The position numbers were made by a program, and so were the translations under genes. Of a stretch of DNA of 64,000 bases, positions 9,708 through 19,443 are shown in pieces. This DNA comes from Spirochaetia bacterium. GTDB lineage: Bacteria; Spirochaetota; Spirochaetia; UBA9216. A model generated the notes under the pieces. It made no database searches. It saw only the letters and a program-made list of their open reading frames with translations, and was not told the origin of the DNA. Each line of letters begins with the position of its first letter. The stretch's first letter is position 1. Location of the stretch: assembly GCA_963677925.2 (NCBI GenBank), contig CAXXYH010000004.1, forward strand, positions 1,536,001-1,600,000, written 5' to 3'.

Positions 9708-10637
9708 GTGGAAATTGATGATTTCACTTTAGCTATGGTAGCCAAGCTGTATTACGTAGACAAAATAAAGCAGAAAGAAATATCCAACATGTTTAACACT
9801 AATGCTATGGTGATTTCCAGGATGATTAAGGAGGCTGAAGACAAGGGAATAGTACAGATTCAGATAAGAACTCCGGACAGAATTAATCTGGATATGAGTA
9901 AGAGGCTGAAAGAAAAATATAATTTGAAAGACTGTGTTGTACTTGAGAATTCACAGGATTTCTCGGGCGACGATCTAGTTGCTAAATTTCTGGCCAAGTA
10001 TGTTATGGGAATTCTTCCGGAGAATGGGATACTCGGTGTCTCCTGGGGTAATACTATCAGTAAATTTGCAGATCACCTCAGCTACCAGAATAGAGAGGAC
10101 TGCACGGTGCTGGAACTTACCGGAGGTTTCTATGCAAGAAACGGAGAGATGAAAACTCCCACCGGTATAATCATTAAGATCTGTCAGAAGATCAGGGCAG
10201 AGCACTGTATCCTGAATGCCCCATATTATGTTCAGAGTCTTGAAGCTAAAAAAGAGCTGAAGCAGGATGAGAATAATATGAATCTTATTCAGATGGCAAA
10301 GAAAGCTAATGTCAACATAATCAGTGTAAGTGCTTTCAGTGAAGATTCAACAACCTATAAATCCGGAGTAATTACAGATGAAGATTATCAAGAGCTTACC
10401 GGACTAGATGCGGTAGGAGATATTGCAGGAGTTTTTATCAATAGTGATGGTAACGAGATTAACTGGAGTAAGCACGACCTGTATATGGGTATTCCTATTT
10501 CAATACTGAAAAAAGCTGACAACCTGATTTGTGTAGCCGCCGGTAAAGAAAAAAGCGGAATCATTAAACTCACAGTTGATCAGGACTATTTCAATATTCT
10601 TGTTATCGATGAATTGCTGGCAGGTGAACTGCTGTAG
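9708..10637 (+). CDS. SorC/DeoR-family sugar-binding transcriptional regulator
   Basis: VAKLYY...QKEIS...ISRMIKEA HTH; GVSWGNT; AVGDIAGVFINSDG; VAAGKEK; LVIDE. Confidence 0.92.
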   Translation: MEIDDFTLAMVAKLYYVDKIKQKEISNMFNTNAMVISRMIKEAEDKGIVQIQIRTPDRINLDMSKRLKEKYNLKDCVVLENSQDFSGDDLVAKFLAKYVMGILPENGILGVSWGNTISKFADHLSYQNREDCTVLELTGGFYARNGEMKTPTGIIIKICQKIRAEHCILNAPYYVQSLEAKKELKQDENNMNLIQMAKKANVNIISVSAFSEDSTTYKSGVITDEDYQELTGLDAVGDIAGVFINSDGNEINWSKHDLYMGIPISILKKADNLICVAAGKEKSGIIKLTVDQDYFNILVIDELLAGELL

Positions 10638-10662
10638 ATTTTAAGGGAAGGTGTTTGATTGA

Positions 10663-12165
10663 ATGAATAATGAATATCTGCTGGAGATGTGTGATATTTC
10701 AAAATCTTATATTGGGGTTCAGGCTTTAGATAAGGTTTCTATCCGTGTAAAGCCGGGTACCGTTCATGCGCTGCTTGGGGAGAACGGTGCGGGGAAATCA
10801 ACTCTGATGAAGATATTAGCCGGTGAAACACAGGCTGATTCCGGGGAAATGATTATCGATGGTGAGAAGCGAAGATTTGCTAACAGAAAGAATGCTATCG
10901 AATGCGGGATATCAATAATTCATCAGGAAATGATTAATGTACAGGAGATGACGGTAGCTGAAAATATGTTCCTCGGCCGTGAGTTTAAGCGTAAGGGAAA
11001 TATTTTTCTTAACAGGAAAAAAAACAGTTCACAGACTAAAAAACTTCTTGCAGAAGTAGGCCTTAACATTTCTCCATTAAAGAAAATGAGAGATCTGACA
11101 GTCGCAGAAATGCAGATGTGCGAAATAGCCAAGGCTGTCTCATATGATTCAAGAATATTCATTATGGATGAGCCGACCTCAGCTATAACAGAAACAGAAA
11201 CAGAAGTTTTATTTCAGCTGATCAGGAATATTATCAGTAAGGGCCATTCAATAATTTACATCTCCCACAAACTTGATGAGATATATGAAATTGCGGATGA
11301 AATTACAGTACTCCGGGACGGTAAGCTTGTTGCACATTTTGATAATACAGAAGTTGAACGCAATGTTCTGATTAAGCATATGGTCGACAGGGATGTTGTT
11401 GATGTTTATCCGAAACGAAACCGGAATAGTGAAGGTGATGTTCTGCTTGAAGTTAAAGATATTTCAATACCGGGAGTATTCAGTGAGATTTCTTTCAAAG
11501 TAAGAGCCGGAGAGATCCTTGGACTTGCAGGATTAATGGGAGCAGGAAGAACAGAAATTGTTGAAGCAATATTCGGAATAAATCAGATTGAAAATGGTTC
11601 GCTTATCATTAAAGGTCAGAAAAAAAGAATAACCAGTCCTGTTAAGGCCATAAGCAGCGGGATAGGCCTCATTACTGACGACAGAAAACTTAAAGGTCTG
11701 ATAATGGGGATGAATATCAAGGATAATATTGTTTTATCGAATCATAAATCCTTTAAATCCGGAAAGCTGTCTATTCTGGACTGGAGAAAGATTTCTGATG
11801 AATCTGAAAAATATAAAAAGCTTCTTAAAATCAAAACGCCGAATCTTTCCCAGGATGTTGAAAACCTGAGCGGCGGTAATCAGCAGAAGGTCGTTCTTTC
11901 CAAATGGCTGTCACGGGATTGCGACATCATCATATTCGATGAGCCGACAAGGGGAATTGATATAGCCGCAAAAAGCGACTTCTACCATCATATTTCTGAA
12001 CAGGCAGAGCAGGGAAAGGCTGTAATTTTTATATCTTCCGAAATGGAGGAAGTAATTGGAATGTGCGACAGGGTTCTTGTTCTGAGAGAGGGCGAAGCAA
12101 TGGGTGAATTATCAGCAGATGATATTACTCAGGAAAAGATTATGCATTATGCAACTTTAAGTTGA
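10663..12165 (+). CDS. Monosaccharide ABC transporter ATP-binding protein
   Basis: GENGAGKST, DEPTSA, LSGGNQQKV. Confidence 0.95.
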   Translation: MNNEYLLEMCDISKSYIGVQALDKVSIRVKPGTVHALLGENGAGKSTLMKILAGETQADSGEMIIDGEKRRFANRKNAIECGISIIHQEMINVQEMTVAENMFLGREFKRKGNIFLNRKKNSSQTKKLLAEVGLNISPLKKMRDLTVAEMQMCEIAKAVSYDSRIFIMDEPTSAITETETEVLFQLIRNIISKGHSIIYISHKLDEIYEIADEITVLRDGKLVAHFDNTEVERNVLIKHMVDRDVVDVYPKRNRNSEGDVLLEVKDISIPGVFSEISFKVRAGEILGLAGLMGAGRTEIVEAIFGINQIENGSLIIKGQKKRITSPVKAISSGIGLITDDRKLKGLIMGMNIKDNIVLSNHKSFKSGKLSILDWRKISDESEKYKKLLKIKTPNLSQDVENLSGGNQQKVVLSKWLSRDCDIIIFDEPTRGIDIAAKSDFYHHISEQAEQGKAVIFISSEMEEVIGMCDRVLVLREGEAMGELSADDITQEKIMHYATLS

Positions 12166-12183
12166 AATTTCGGAGGAGATATT

Positions 12184-13215
12184 GTGATTAAAATTGAGAG
12201 CGCAAAAAGGTATAACTCTTCAATAGGAAGACTTTTACTTGATTATAATATGGTTCTGGTTCTGGCGGTTATCTTTGCTTTTTTTGTGATTACCACCGGT
12301 GATACCTTTCTGAAGACTAAGAATCTTCTTAATGTACTTCGGCAGGTCAGTATAAACGGCCTTGTTGCAACCGGAATGACTCTCGTCATTCTGACAGGAG
12401 GAATTGATCTAAGTGTCGGCTCTGTTATTGCCTTTTCAAGTGTCGTAGCAGCAACAATTGCGAATGAAGCTCATTCATACTGGTGGCTGGCAATTCCTGC
12501 GGCAATAGGACTTGCGGTGATTGTTGGAGTAGTGTCCGGATTCTTTGTCTCTTATCTAAAGATAGCTCCATTCATCATGACTCTTGCAATGATGACAATA
12601 GCCCGCGGCAGTGCTTTCATTTTTTCAAACGGTAAACCTGTATCCGGTGTTATAAAATCGTTTCTGGTAATAGGAAAGGGCTCGTTTCTCGGTCTGCCGC
12701 TGCCCACATGGATTCTGATTGTAGCAATAATTTTTACTTTCATTATCCTGACCTACACATCTTTCGGCCGGTACATATATGCAATCGGCGGTAATGAAAA
12801 CGCTGCAAAAATATCGGGTATAAATGTAAAGCTTGTGAAACTTGGTGTATACACCCTTGCCGGTTTTTTTACCGGCCTTGCCTCAGTTGTTCTGACTTCC
12901 AGGGTCAGTGCCGGTCTTCCTCAGGTCGCCCAGGGATATGAAATGGAAGCTATTGCTGCAGTTGTACTTGGAGGAACAAGTCTGTCCGGAGGGAAGGGCA
13001 GTATCTGGGGAACCGTTATAGGGGTTCTGATTATCGGACTAATTTCCAATGGAATGGATCTAATGAATATACAGTCCTACACTCAGCAGATTGTTCAGGG
13101 CTGTGTTATCGTATTTGCCGTTCTGATTGATTCAGTCAGGAATGAAAGGGATTTATTTAAACACATCTCCAATACTTTCAAAGACCTCTTTGGACGTGAG
13201 GGATGTGAAGAATAA
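12184..13215 (+). CDS. Monosaccharide ABC transporter permease
   Basis: GGIDLSVG, AIGGNENAA, AAVVLGGTSLSGGKG. Confidence 0.95.
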   Translation: MIKIESAKRYNSSIGRLLLDYNMVLVLAVIFAFFVITTGDTFLKTKNLLNVLRQVSINGLVATGMTLVILTGGIDLSVGSVIAFSSVVAATIANEAHSYWWLAIPAAIGLAVIVGVVSGFFVSYLKIAPFIMTLAMMTIARGSAFIFSNGKPVSGVIKSFLVIGKGSFLGLPLPTWILIVAIIFTFIILTYTSFGRYIYAIGGNENAAKISGINVKLVKLGVYTLAGFFTGLASVVLTSRVSAGLPQVAQGYEMEAIAAVVLGGTSLSGGKGSIWGTVIGVLIIGLISNGMDLMNIQSYTQQIVQGCVIVFAVLIDSVRNERDLFKHISNTFKDLFGREGCEE

Positions 13216-13318
13216 AATAAAGGAGGTATCAGGAAATTTTTAAAGGGTGATTTTATAAATCATAGGGTTTTTAATCACTAATCGAACAGAAACAAATTTT
13301 GTTAAGGAGTGTATTAGG

Positions 13319-14275
13319 ATGAAAAAAGGAATGTTCGTTTTATTTATGGTTGCAATACTTCTGTGCAGTTCAGCATCGGTATTTGCAGGCGGAGAACAGG
13401 AATCAGCCGGCGATGAGAAAATAGTAATCGGATATTCAATCTACTGGCTTTCAGAGTTCGCAACTTTAATGACAGAAGCAATGCAGGAGAAAGCGGATAA
13501 AGAAGGCGTTGAGCTTATAGTACTTGATGCAAAATGGGATGCTGTAACACAGTTGTCACATGTTGATAACTTCATTGCTCAGGATGTAGATGCGATCATT
13601 ATCGGAGCTGCTGATGTTTATTCAATGGTTCAGGGTGTGGAAGCTGCAAATGAAGCGGGAATCCCCTTTGTCGGTGTCAATATGAGAATTCCAACCGATA
13701 AGATTGATGCTTATGCCGGCCCCGACGATGTAAGAGCTGGTGAGATGATGGTTGAATATGTAATCAGCCAGTTAGGTGAAGATTTCAATTGTATAGTGCT
13801 CGAAGGAGCTGAAGGTTATTCAGCAACAGTTGACCGAAGAGAAGGCGTGAAGAATATGCTCGATGCGCATCCAGGTGTGACAGCTCTTGATATCAAGACT
13901 GCAAACTGGACAAGAGAAGGCGCATTGGAGCTGATGGAAAATTATATTCAGGACTTCGGCGGAAAAATTGATGCTGTAATAGCTCATAACGATGAGATGG
14001 CTCTGGGGGCTATTCAGGCTCTTGAAGCAGAAGGCATGCTTGATGACGTGATTGTAACTGGAATTGATGCAATCTATGATGCCTGTAAAGCTATTGATGA
14101 AGGCAAGATGGAATATACAGTATTTCAGGACGCAAAACTTGAAGGAAGTCTTGCTTTTGATGCAGCTTTAACTCTAATCAGAGGCGGAAAGCCTGAGATT
14201 AAGGAAAACTATATCAACATGATTGGTCTTACCCAGGCTAATGTAGCTGAATATCTTGCAGCATTCGGAAAATAG
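13319..14275 (+). CDS. Sugar ABC transporter substrate-binding protein (RbsB-like)
   Basis: Signal peptide ending VFA-GG; ANWTRE, AHNDEMALGA, GIDA, TVFQD. Confidence 0.92.
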   Translation: MKKGMFVLFMVAILLCSSASVFAGGEQESAGDEKIVIGYSIYWLSEFATLMTEAMQEKADKEGVELIVLDAKWDAVTQLSHVDNFIAQDVDAIIIGAADVYSMVQGVEAANEAGIPFVGVNMRIPTDKIDAYAGPDDVRAGEMMVEYVISQLGEDFNCIVLEGAEGYSATVDRREGVKNMLDAHPGVTALDIKTANWTREGALELMENYIQDFGGKIDAVIAHNDEMALGAIQALEAEGMLDDVIVTGIDAIYDACKAIDEGKMEYTVFQDAKLEGSLAFDAALTLIRGGKPEIKENYINMIGLTQANVAEYLAAFGK

Positions 14276-14281
14276 TATTCA

Positions 14282-14316
14282 GGGGCTTTAGCCGAGGCTG
14301 AAGCCCCATTTATTTT
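14282..14316 (+). terminator. Stem-loop after SBP gene
   Basis: GGGGCTTTAGCC-GA-GGCTGAAGCCCC then ATTTATTTT. Confidence 0.65.
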
Positions 14317-14332
14317 AAATCAGGAAGAAGAA

Positions 14333-15394
14333 ATGAAAGCAGTTGTGAAATATGGATATGGAAAAGGTGAAACCGAAATTCGGGAGCGGAATATTCCGGC
14401 GATAGGTGATGACGATATACTTCTCGAAGTAAAAGCTGCAGGGGTCTGTGGAACTGATATTGCCTTTGATGACGGCGGCCATGAAAATCTTCTTAGACCG
14501 CCGGTAATCCTTGGGCATGAGTTTTCGGGAGTTATAGCAGGGATAGGAAAAAACGTTACGGACTGGAAAGTCGGCGACAGGGTAGTTTCCGATAATACCG
14601 GATATGTCTGCGGGAAATGTTATGCCTGCGGCACGGCGAATTATCTGGTATGTCCGGATCGTCTGGGGCTTGGTTATGGAATGGATGGAGGTTTTACCAA
14701 ATATGTAAAAATTTACGGAGATACACTTAAAGTATTTCCTCAAAGTCTGATTCAAATACCTGATAATGTGTCTTTTGAAGAAGCTGCAATCCTGGACCCT
14801 TGCTGTAATGGATATAAAGCTGTATGCCAGGAAGCGAATATGCTCCCGGGAGAGGTCGGTGCGGTTTTTGGTGTCGGTCCTTTAGGATTAAACAGTATTC
14901 AGGCTATGAAGGTAGCCGGTGCTTCCAGGATAATTGCTATCGGTCTGTCCTCTGATACGGAGAGATTTGAGATTGCAAAGAAACTTGGAGCAACAGATAT
15001 TATCATTTCAGATAAAGAAGATGTTGATGATAAGATAAATATACTGACAGATGGAGAAGGTGTTGCATTAACCATTGACGGAGCAGGGATAAATGCCGTA
15101 CTTAGAAAGGCAGTTGATATTACAAGAGCCGGCGGTGAAATTGTTAAAATTGGCTATGATTCAAATCCTTTTTCCTACTCGCTTGATCCTGTGATTGATA
15201 AAGGCGTTAGTATAAAGGGCCATTTTGGTTATGACTGGATGTCATGGAAAAATTCTATTAACCTGCTGGAGGCAGGAATTATAGATCTTAAGTCTATGAT
15301 TTCTCATAAAATGGGCATATCTGAATTCAGGGAAGCCTTTGACCTGGTTAGACAGAGAAAAGCACTTAAAATTATTTTATATCCTGAAGATTAA
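14333..15394 (+). CDS. Zn-dependent (MDR) polyol/sugar dehydrogenase, YdjL-like
   Basis: GVCGTD, GHEFSG, CGKCYAC...C structural Zn site, GVGPLG; RVVSDNTG and AAILDPCCN recall E. coli YdjL (from memory). Confidence 0.88.
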   Translation: MKAVVKYGYGKGETEIRERNIPAIGDDDILLEVKAAGVCGTDIAFDDGGHENLLRPPVILGHEFSGVIAGIGKNVTDWKVGDRVVSDNTGYVCGKCYACGTANYLVCPDRLGLGYGMDGGFTKYVKIYGDTLKVFPQSLIQIPDNVSFEEAAILDPCCNGYKAVCQEANMLPGEVGAVFGVGPLGLNSIQAMKVAGASRIIAIGLSSDTERFEIAKKLGATDIIISDKEDVDDKINILTDGEGVALTIDGAGINAVLRKAVDITRAGGEIVKIGYDSNPFSYSLDPVIDKGVSIKGHFGYDWMSWKNSINLLEAGIIDLKSMISHKMGISEFREAFDLVRQRKALKIILYPED

Positions 15395-15406
15395 TTTGAA
15401 GTTTAT

Positions 15407-15424
15407 GTGCTGCAGCTGCAGCAC
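15407..15424. terminator. Palindrome between convergent genes (possible bidirectional terminator)
   Basis: GTGCTGCAGCTGCAGCAC, perfect inverted repeat, then TTTT. Confidence 0.5.
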
Positions 15425-15439
15425 TTTTCATATATATAA

Positions 15440-16909
15440 TCAAACAGAACCCACAGCTTCAAGGTACTTCATGAATAATTTAAATTTGTGATTGTAGATC
15501 CTGGTATGTGAACTGTCAGGATAAAATGTTTTTGAAATCTTAACCATTGATTCTGCGGCTTCATAAAGTGATGTATAAAATCCTGAACCTACAGCAGCTG
15601 TCATTGCAGCACCCAGTGTGCCCAGTTCTTCTGCACTGGTAATCTGCACCGGTATATCTAAAATATCTGCAAACATTTGTACCCAGACATCGGACTTTGA
15701 TGCTCCTCCGGAAATCTTGATTATCTCTGGTTTATCCCTGTATTTGAGTAACTTATCAATATGCAGTTTGTGTCCGAATACAACTCCCTCAAACACAGCT
15801 CTCAGCAGATGCGGTCTTGCATGCCAGCCCTTAAGCCCTATAAAACTGGATGTCATTTCAGTCGCAATATTGCTTTTAAATATAAAAGGAAAAAAAATAA
15901 GCTCAGAATCTTCAGGCCGAACTGAATCAACTAAACGGCTGGCATATTCATAGTCATCACTTTCTAATAGGTTTTTCATAAACCACTCAAGATTTGATGC
16001 GGATGTAGGGCTTGCCTCTGTTACCAGCCAGTATCCCGGAAGGCAATAGGTACTATTCATAAAAATTTCATGGGTTCCGACAGGGGCTCTGCTGATATAC
16101 TCATTAATACTCCATGTTCCGGCAATTACGGTGAGAGCCTTCTCCGATGTGAGGCCTGTGGCAATGGCGCATGCATGGATATCAAACAAACCTGCAGCTA
16201 CCGGTGTTCCCTCTTTTAAGCCTGTTTCCTTTGCAACATCGGTTATTAGAAATCCGCAGTTATCTGTAGATCTTCTTAGCGGGGGTAGTTTTTCATAAAT
16301 ATCGGAAAGGCCGAATTCTTCCAGCAGTTCTAAATCAAATTGACCCGTTTTTTGATTAAGAAGACAGGTTCCGGAATAATCTGTTATTTCTGAATATGCT
16401 TCGCCTGTGAGAAGGAAGCGGACATAGTCCTTGCACATGAAAATCCATTTGGTTTTTTCAATTATTTCGGGTTTATGATCTTTGAACCACCTTAGTAGAG
16501 CAACAGGCTGCCCGGCCCAGAGCGATTGAAGGGTTTTATCATTTATTTTATTGAAGGTTCCATCTTTATGCCATTTCTCAATATATGATTCAGCCCTTGA
16601 ATCTGTAGACATTATTCCATTATAAACAAGCTCGCCATCATAACCTGCCAGATATAAACCGTTACCATATCCTGTCTGTGAAATCCCTGCTATATCATCT
16701 GCTGAAACTCCGCTAGCCTCCAGGGCTTCTCTCATTACGGCTATGTTTGATTCGCGGAATGCACTCATATCTTTTTCGGTATGGCCGTGTTCCGGGTAAA
16801 ATATTTCAACCTTTCTGCCGGCAATTGACATAACGGTACCCTCGGAACGGTATACGCCTGCTTTACATACTGTGCCGCCATTATCAATTCCAAGAAAGTA
16901 TTTATCCAT
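15440..16909 (-). CDS. FGGY-family carbohydrate kinase (L-xylulose kinase-like)
   Basis: LGIDNGGT, TGYGNGLY, IMSTDSRA, AGTWSINE, SGGASKS, GAAM. Confidence 0.9.
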   Translation of the reverse strand: MDKYFLGIDNGGTVCKAGVYRSEGTVMSIAGRKVEIFYPEHGHTEKDMSAFRESNIAVMREALEASGVSADDIAGISQTGYGNGLYLAGYDGELVYNGIMSTDSRAESYIEKWHKDGTFNKINDKTLQSLWAGQPVALLRWFKDHKPEIIEKTKWIFMCKDYVRFLLTGEAYSEITDYSGTCLLNQKTGQFDLELLEEFGLSDIYEKLPPLRRSTDNCGFLITDVAKETGLKEGTPVAAGLFDIHACAIATGLTSEKALTVIAGTWSINEYISRAPVGTHEIFMNSTYCLPGYWLVTEASPTSASNLEWFMKNLLESDDYEYASRLVDSVRPEDSELIFFPFIFKSNIATEMTSSFIGLKGWHARPHLLRAVFEGVVFGHKLHIDKLLKYRDKPEIIKISGGASKSDVWVQMFADILDIPVQITSAEELGTLGAAMTAAVGSGFYTSLYEAAESMVKISKTFYPDSSHTRIYNHKFKLFMKYLEAVGSV

Positions 16910-17009
16910 TAAGCTTGCCTTCTTGTTTTTGTATCAAATGCTTATTCTTTATGCAATCTTATCAATATAAGGCTTGAAGTTTCAAGACAGGCGATTTGGA
17001 AAAATCTAA

Positions 17010-17978
17010 TCAGCTGTGGCTTACAGATGCAATCAGGGTTAGAGCCTCGGTCTCCGCCTGTGTCGGCAGGTCGGCTGTTGTCATTGGCGTTATAGCATCA
17101 AGTTCATCGGAATAATCAGTTGTATTTGCCGGAACAGTAGATGAACCTGTGTCGCTAAGCCCCTGAAGATAGCTGAGTGTTCCGACCTGGCTGGCATCAA
17201 ATTCAAAGTATGCTCCGCCTGTAACCGCTTCATTGTCTGTCAGGTACATAAGAAAAAAGCCGGAGCCTTCGGATACGCCGTAGCCTATAATATTGTGGTC
17301 ATAAACTATGCCTTCTCTGATTACCGAAATTGTGAATGTGTGGGTCTCAGTATTACCTGACAGTTTTGCCATAACATTCTCCCATCCTGAATTACCGCCC
17401 TCGGTCACGTAATTTGCGCTGAACATTCTGATATCGATTAAATGGGTACTCTCATCGTAGGTTCCCTGTACTATGAACTTGCTGTTTTCCAATCCCGATG
17501 AACTTTCACTTACAACCAGCATCCGGTAGCTAGTTCCATCCACATAGGCATAGCTCTTGTGAGGCATTGTCATGACCCCGGCTGTTCCGTCATAGTATAG
17601 GCTGTACTTTGCAGAGTCGGTCCCGTTAAAACCGAGATCAACCTCATCCGGAAGAGCTACCTCCTGAAGTGTGATCGCCTGTGTGTTCAGACTTATGCCT
17701 ATACTGCTGAAATATTCATCAGCGGTTTCCATCAGGCCGTAGAGATTGAAGTAACCTACCGGTTCTCCGTCTCCCTTGAGTATTCCGTAAAGCTCATAGA
17801 TTGCTCCGCCGTTGTCCCAGGTGGCCCGGGATGTATCCGATGCGAATTCGGGTGCGACTTCTTCTACTGCTTCATAAAAAAGTCCGGGAGTGATTCCGCT
17901 GAGCAGCCCGTCACATGAGAAGAACAATGCAGCAAGACAAATCAGTACGGCGATAATTATACGATTCCCTCTTATCAT
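17010..17978 (-). CDS. Hypothetical lipoprotein
   Basis: GGAGG RBS; hydrophobic signal ending FFS-C; acidic, beta-rich mature part; no family recognised. Confidence 0.75.
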   Translation of the reverse strand: MIRGNRIIIAVLICLAALFFSCDGLLSGITPGLFYEAVEEVAPEFASDTSRATWDNGGAIYELYGILKGDGEPVGYFNLYGLMETADEYFSSIGISLNTQAITLQEVALPDEVDLGFNGTDSAKYSLYYDGTAGVMTMPHKSYAYVDGTSYRMLVVSESSSGLENSKFIVQGTYDESTHLIDIRMFSANYVTEGGNSGWENVMAKLSGNTETHTFTISVIREGIVYDHNIIGYGVSEGSGFFLMYLTDNEAVTGGAYFEFDASQVGTLSYLQGLSDTGSSTVPANTTDYSDELDAITPMTTADLPTQAETEALTLIASVSHS

Positions 17979-18032
17979 AGTTTTCCTCCAAAAACAATTT
18001 GAATATGAGTTTGAAATTAATTATCGCGGATC

Positions 18033-18068
18033 AAAAAACCGGAAGCAAGTTCGACATGCTTCCGGTTT
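18033..18068 (-). terminator. Intrinsic terminator
   Basis: AAACCGGAAGCA-9 nt-TGCTTCCGGTTT, T-run on minus strand. Confidence 0.8.
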
Positions 18069-18093
18069 GATTTGCTGTTATGTGATGCAGGCT

Positions 18094-19443
18094 CTAAAGG
18101 GCTGGAGGGGTGTACTCGAGTATACTGTAGCGGTAGGAGGTCTCAGCCCGATAGTATTTTCCATTATACCAGTGGTTCTCGGGCAAGCTGCCTGCATAGT
18201 ATTTATAACCAAATATTCCCTCGGCAATATCCGGAACCTCAATCCATCGGAAACCTTCAACCCCATCGGCATTGTAGATATAGGTTGCACTGTAATCATA
18301 AGAACTGAATTGCATAACAAATAAATTATTAACAGATCTTGAAAAATAACTTTCAATTCCATCATCAGAACCGAGAGGGAAAGTATCCATAATTTCAAAC
18401 TGAAGCGAATTGCTGTTAAATCGGTAAAGGCTGTCAGTAATCAGCTCATACGATTCATCAGTGTCGTCCCAGGCAGATGTAAAGAAATATATATCATCTT
18501 TATAGATAACTGAACTGACTGAATCACCCGCTCCAAGTTCGGGATTATCGCTGTATTCAACCCTTTTACATGTGAGATCACCGCCAAGATCAACATAGTC
18601 AAGAAGCACAGGATCGTAGTCAAGGCTGTCTTCACTGCTGCTTACCTCATCAAACCTTAGATTACAAATAATATTTGTACTTGTCAGAAAATAGCTGTCA
18701 CTGTATGAATCCTCCGGTGATTCAAGGTTATAAGTCAGTGATATTTCATCAAATGAGTCTGTACCGAAGTTGAATTCCCAGACGGTATCGAGAGCTGAAT
18801 TACGAAGTATAAATCTATTATCATTGCTCAGATAAATTACAGATGTATTAAAGGTTTCAAGCAGTATGAAACTCCCGTCAGTGTATTCATAAACTGAACT
18901 GCCCGATTTAATAAAATATCGATCACTGCAGGTGATAAAACCAAGCATGGAACCCTCAGGAATATTTAAACTGTCGGTTATTTCATCCCATATACCGCTG
19001 CCGGAACTGTAGCGGAGGTATCTGTACATACTGGTAGAATCAGCGTTATTGAAATAATAATATTCAAGAACTATGTCACTTCCGATGTTATATGAACCAT
19101 TTAAATAAAAAGAGTCCAAATCAGATAGGTCGGGCATGGTGAGAGTCTTTACTTCAAAGGTTTCAAGATTTATAGCTGTAAAGAGAGATAGTTGGTAGGT
19201 CAGGACAGTTGAATGAATGCAGTAATAAATATTATCTGCAATAATGTTATTCTCAATATATCCAAACTCATAGTCAAGTTCGTCACCGCTTAGAAAATAT
19301 CTGCGCCAGTAGTTTGAGTCTGCATTGTTTTCGGTAGAATTGAAGTTATCGACCGCATCATAGAATGTCTGAGGATTAAACAAGTCACAGGCTGCAAGGA
19401 GCGTAACTGTTACTGTAAAAAGCAGAATTATTCTCATTTTCAT
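18094..19443 (-). CDS. Hypothetical lipoprotein (acidic, Tyr/Ser-rich, possibly beta-propeller)
   Basis: Lipobox LLAA-C; ATGA overlap with the upstream PEGA gene; fold is a guess. Confidence 0.75.
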   Translation of the reverse strand: MKMRIILLFTVTVTLLAACDLFNPQTFYDAVDNFNSTENNADSNYWRRYFLSGDELDYEFGYIENNIIADNIYYCIHSTVLTYQLSLFTAINLETFEVKTLTMPDLSDLDSFYLNGSYNIGSDIVLEYYYFNNADSTSMYRYLRYSSGSGIWDEITDSLNIPEGSMLGFITCSDRYFIKSGSSVYEYTDGSFILLETFNTSVIYLSNDNRFILRNSALDTVWEFNFGTDSFDEISLTYNLESPEDSYSDSYFLTSTNIICNLRFDEVSSSEDSLDYDPVLLDYVDLGGDLTCKRVEYSDNPELGAGDSVSSVIYKDDIYFFTSAWDDTDESYELITDSLYRFNSNSLQFEIMDTFPLGSDDGIESYFSRSVNNLFVMQFSSYDYSATYIYNADGVEGFRWIEVPDIAEGIFGYKYYAGSLPENHWYNGKYYRAETSYRYSILEYTPPAL

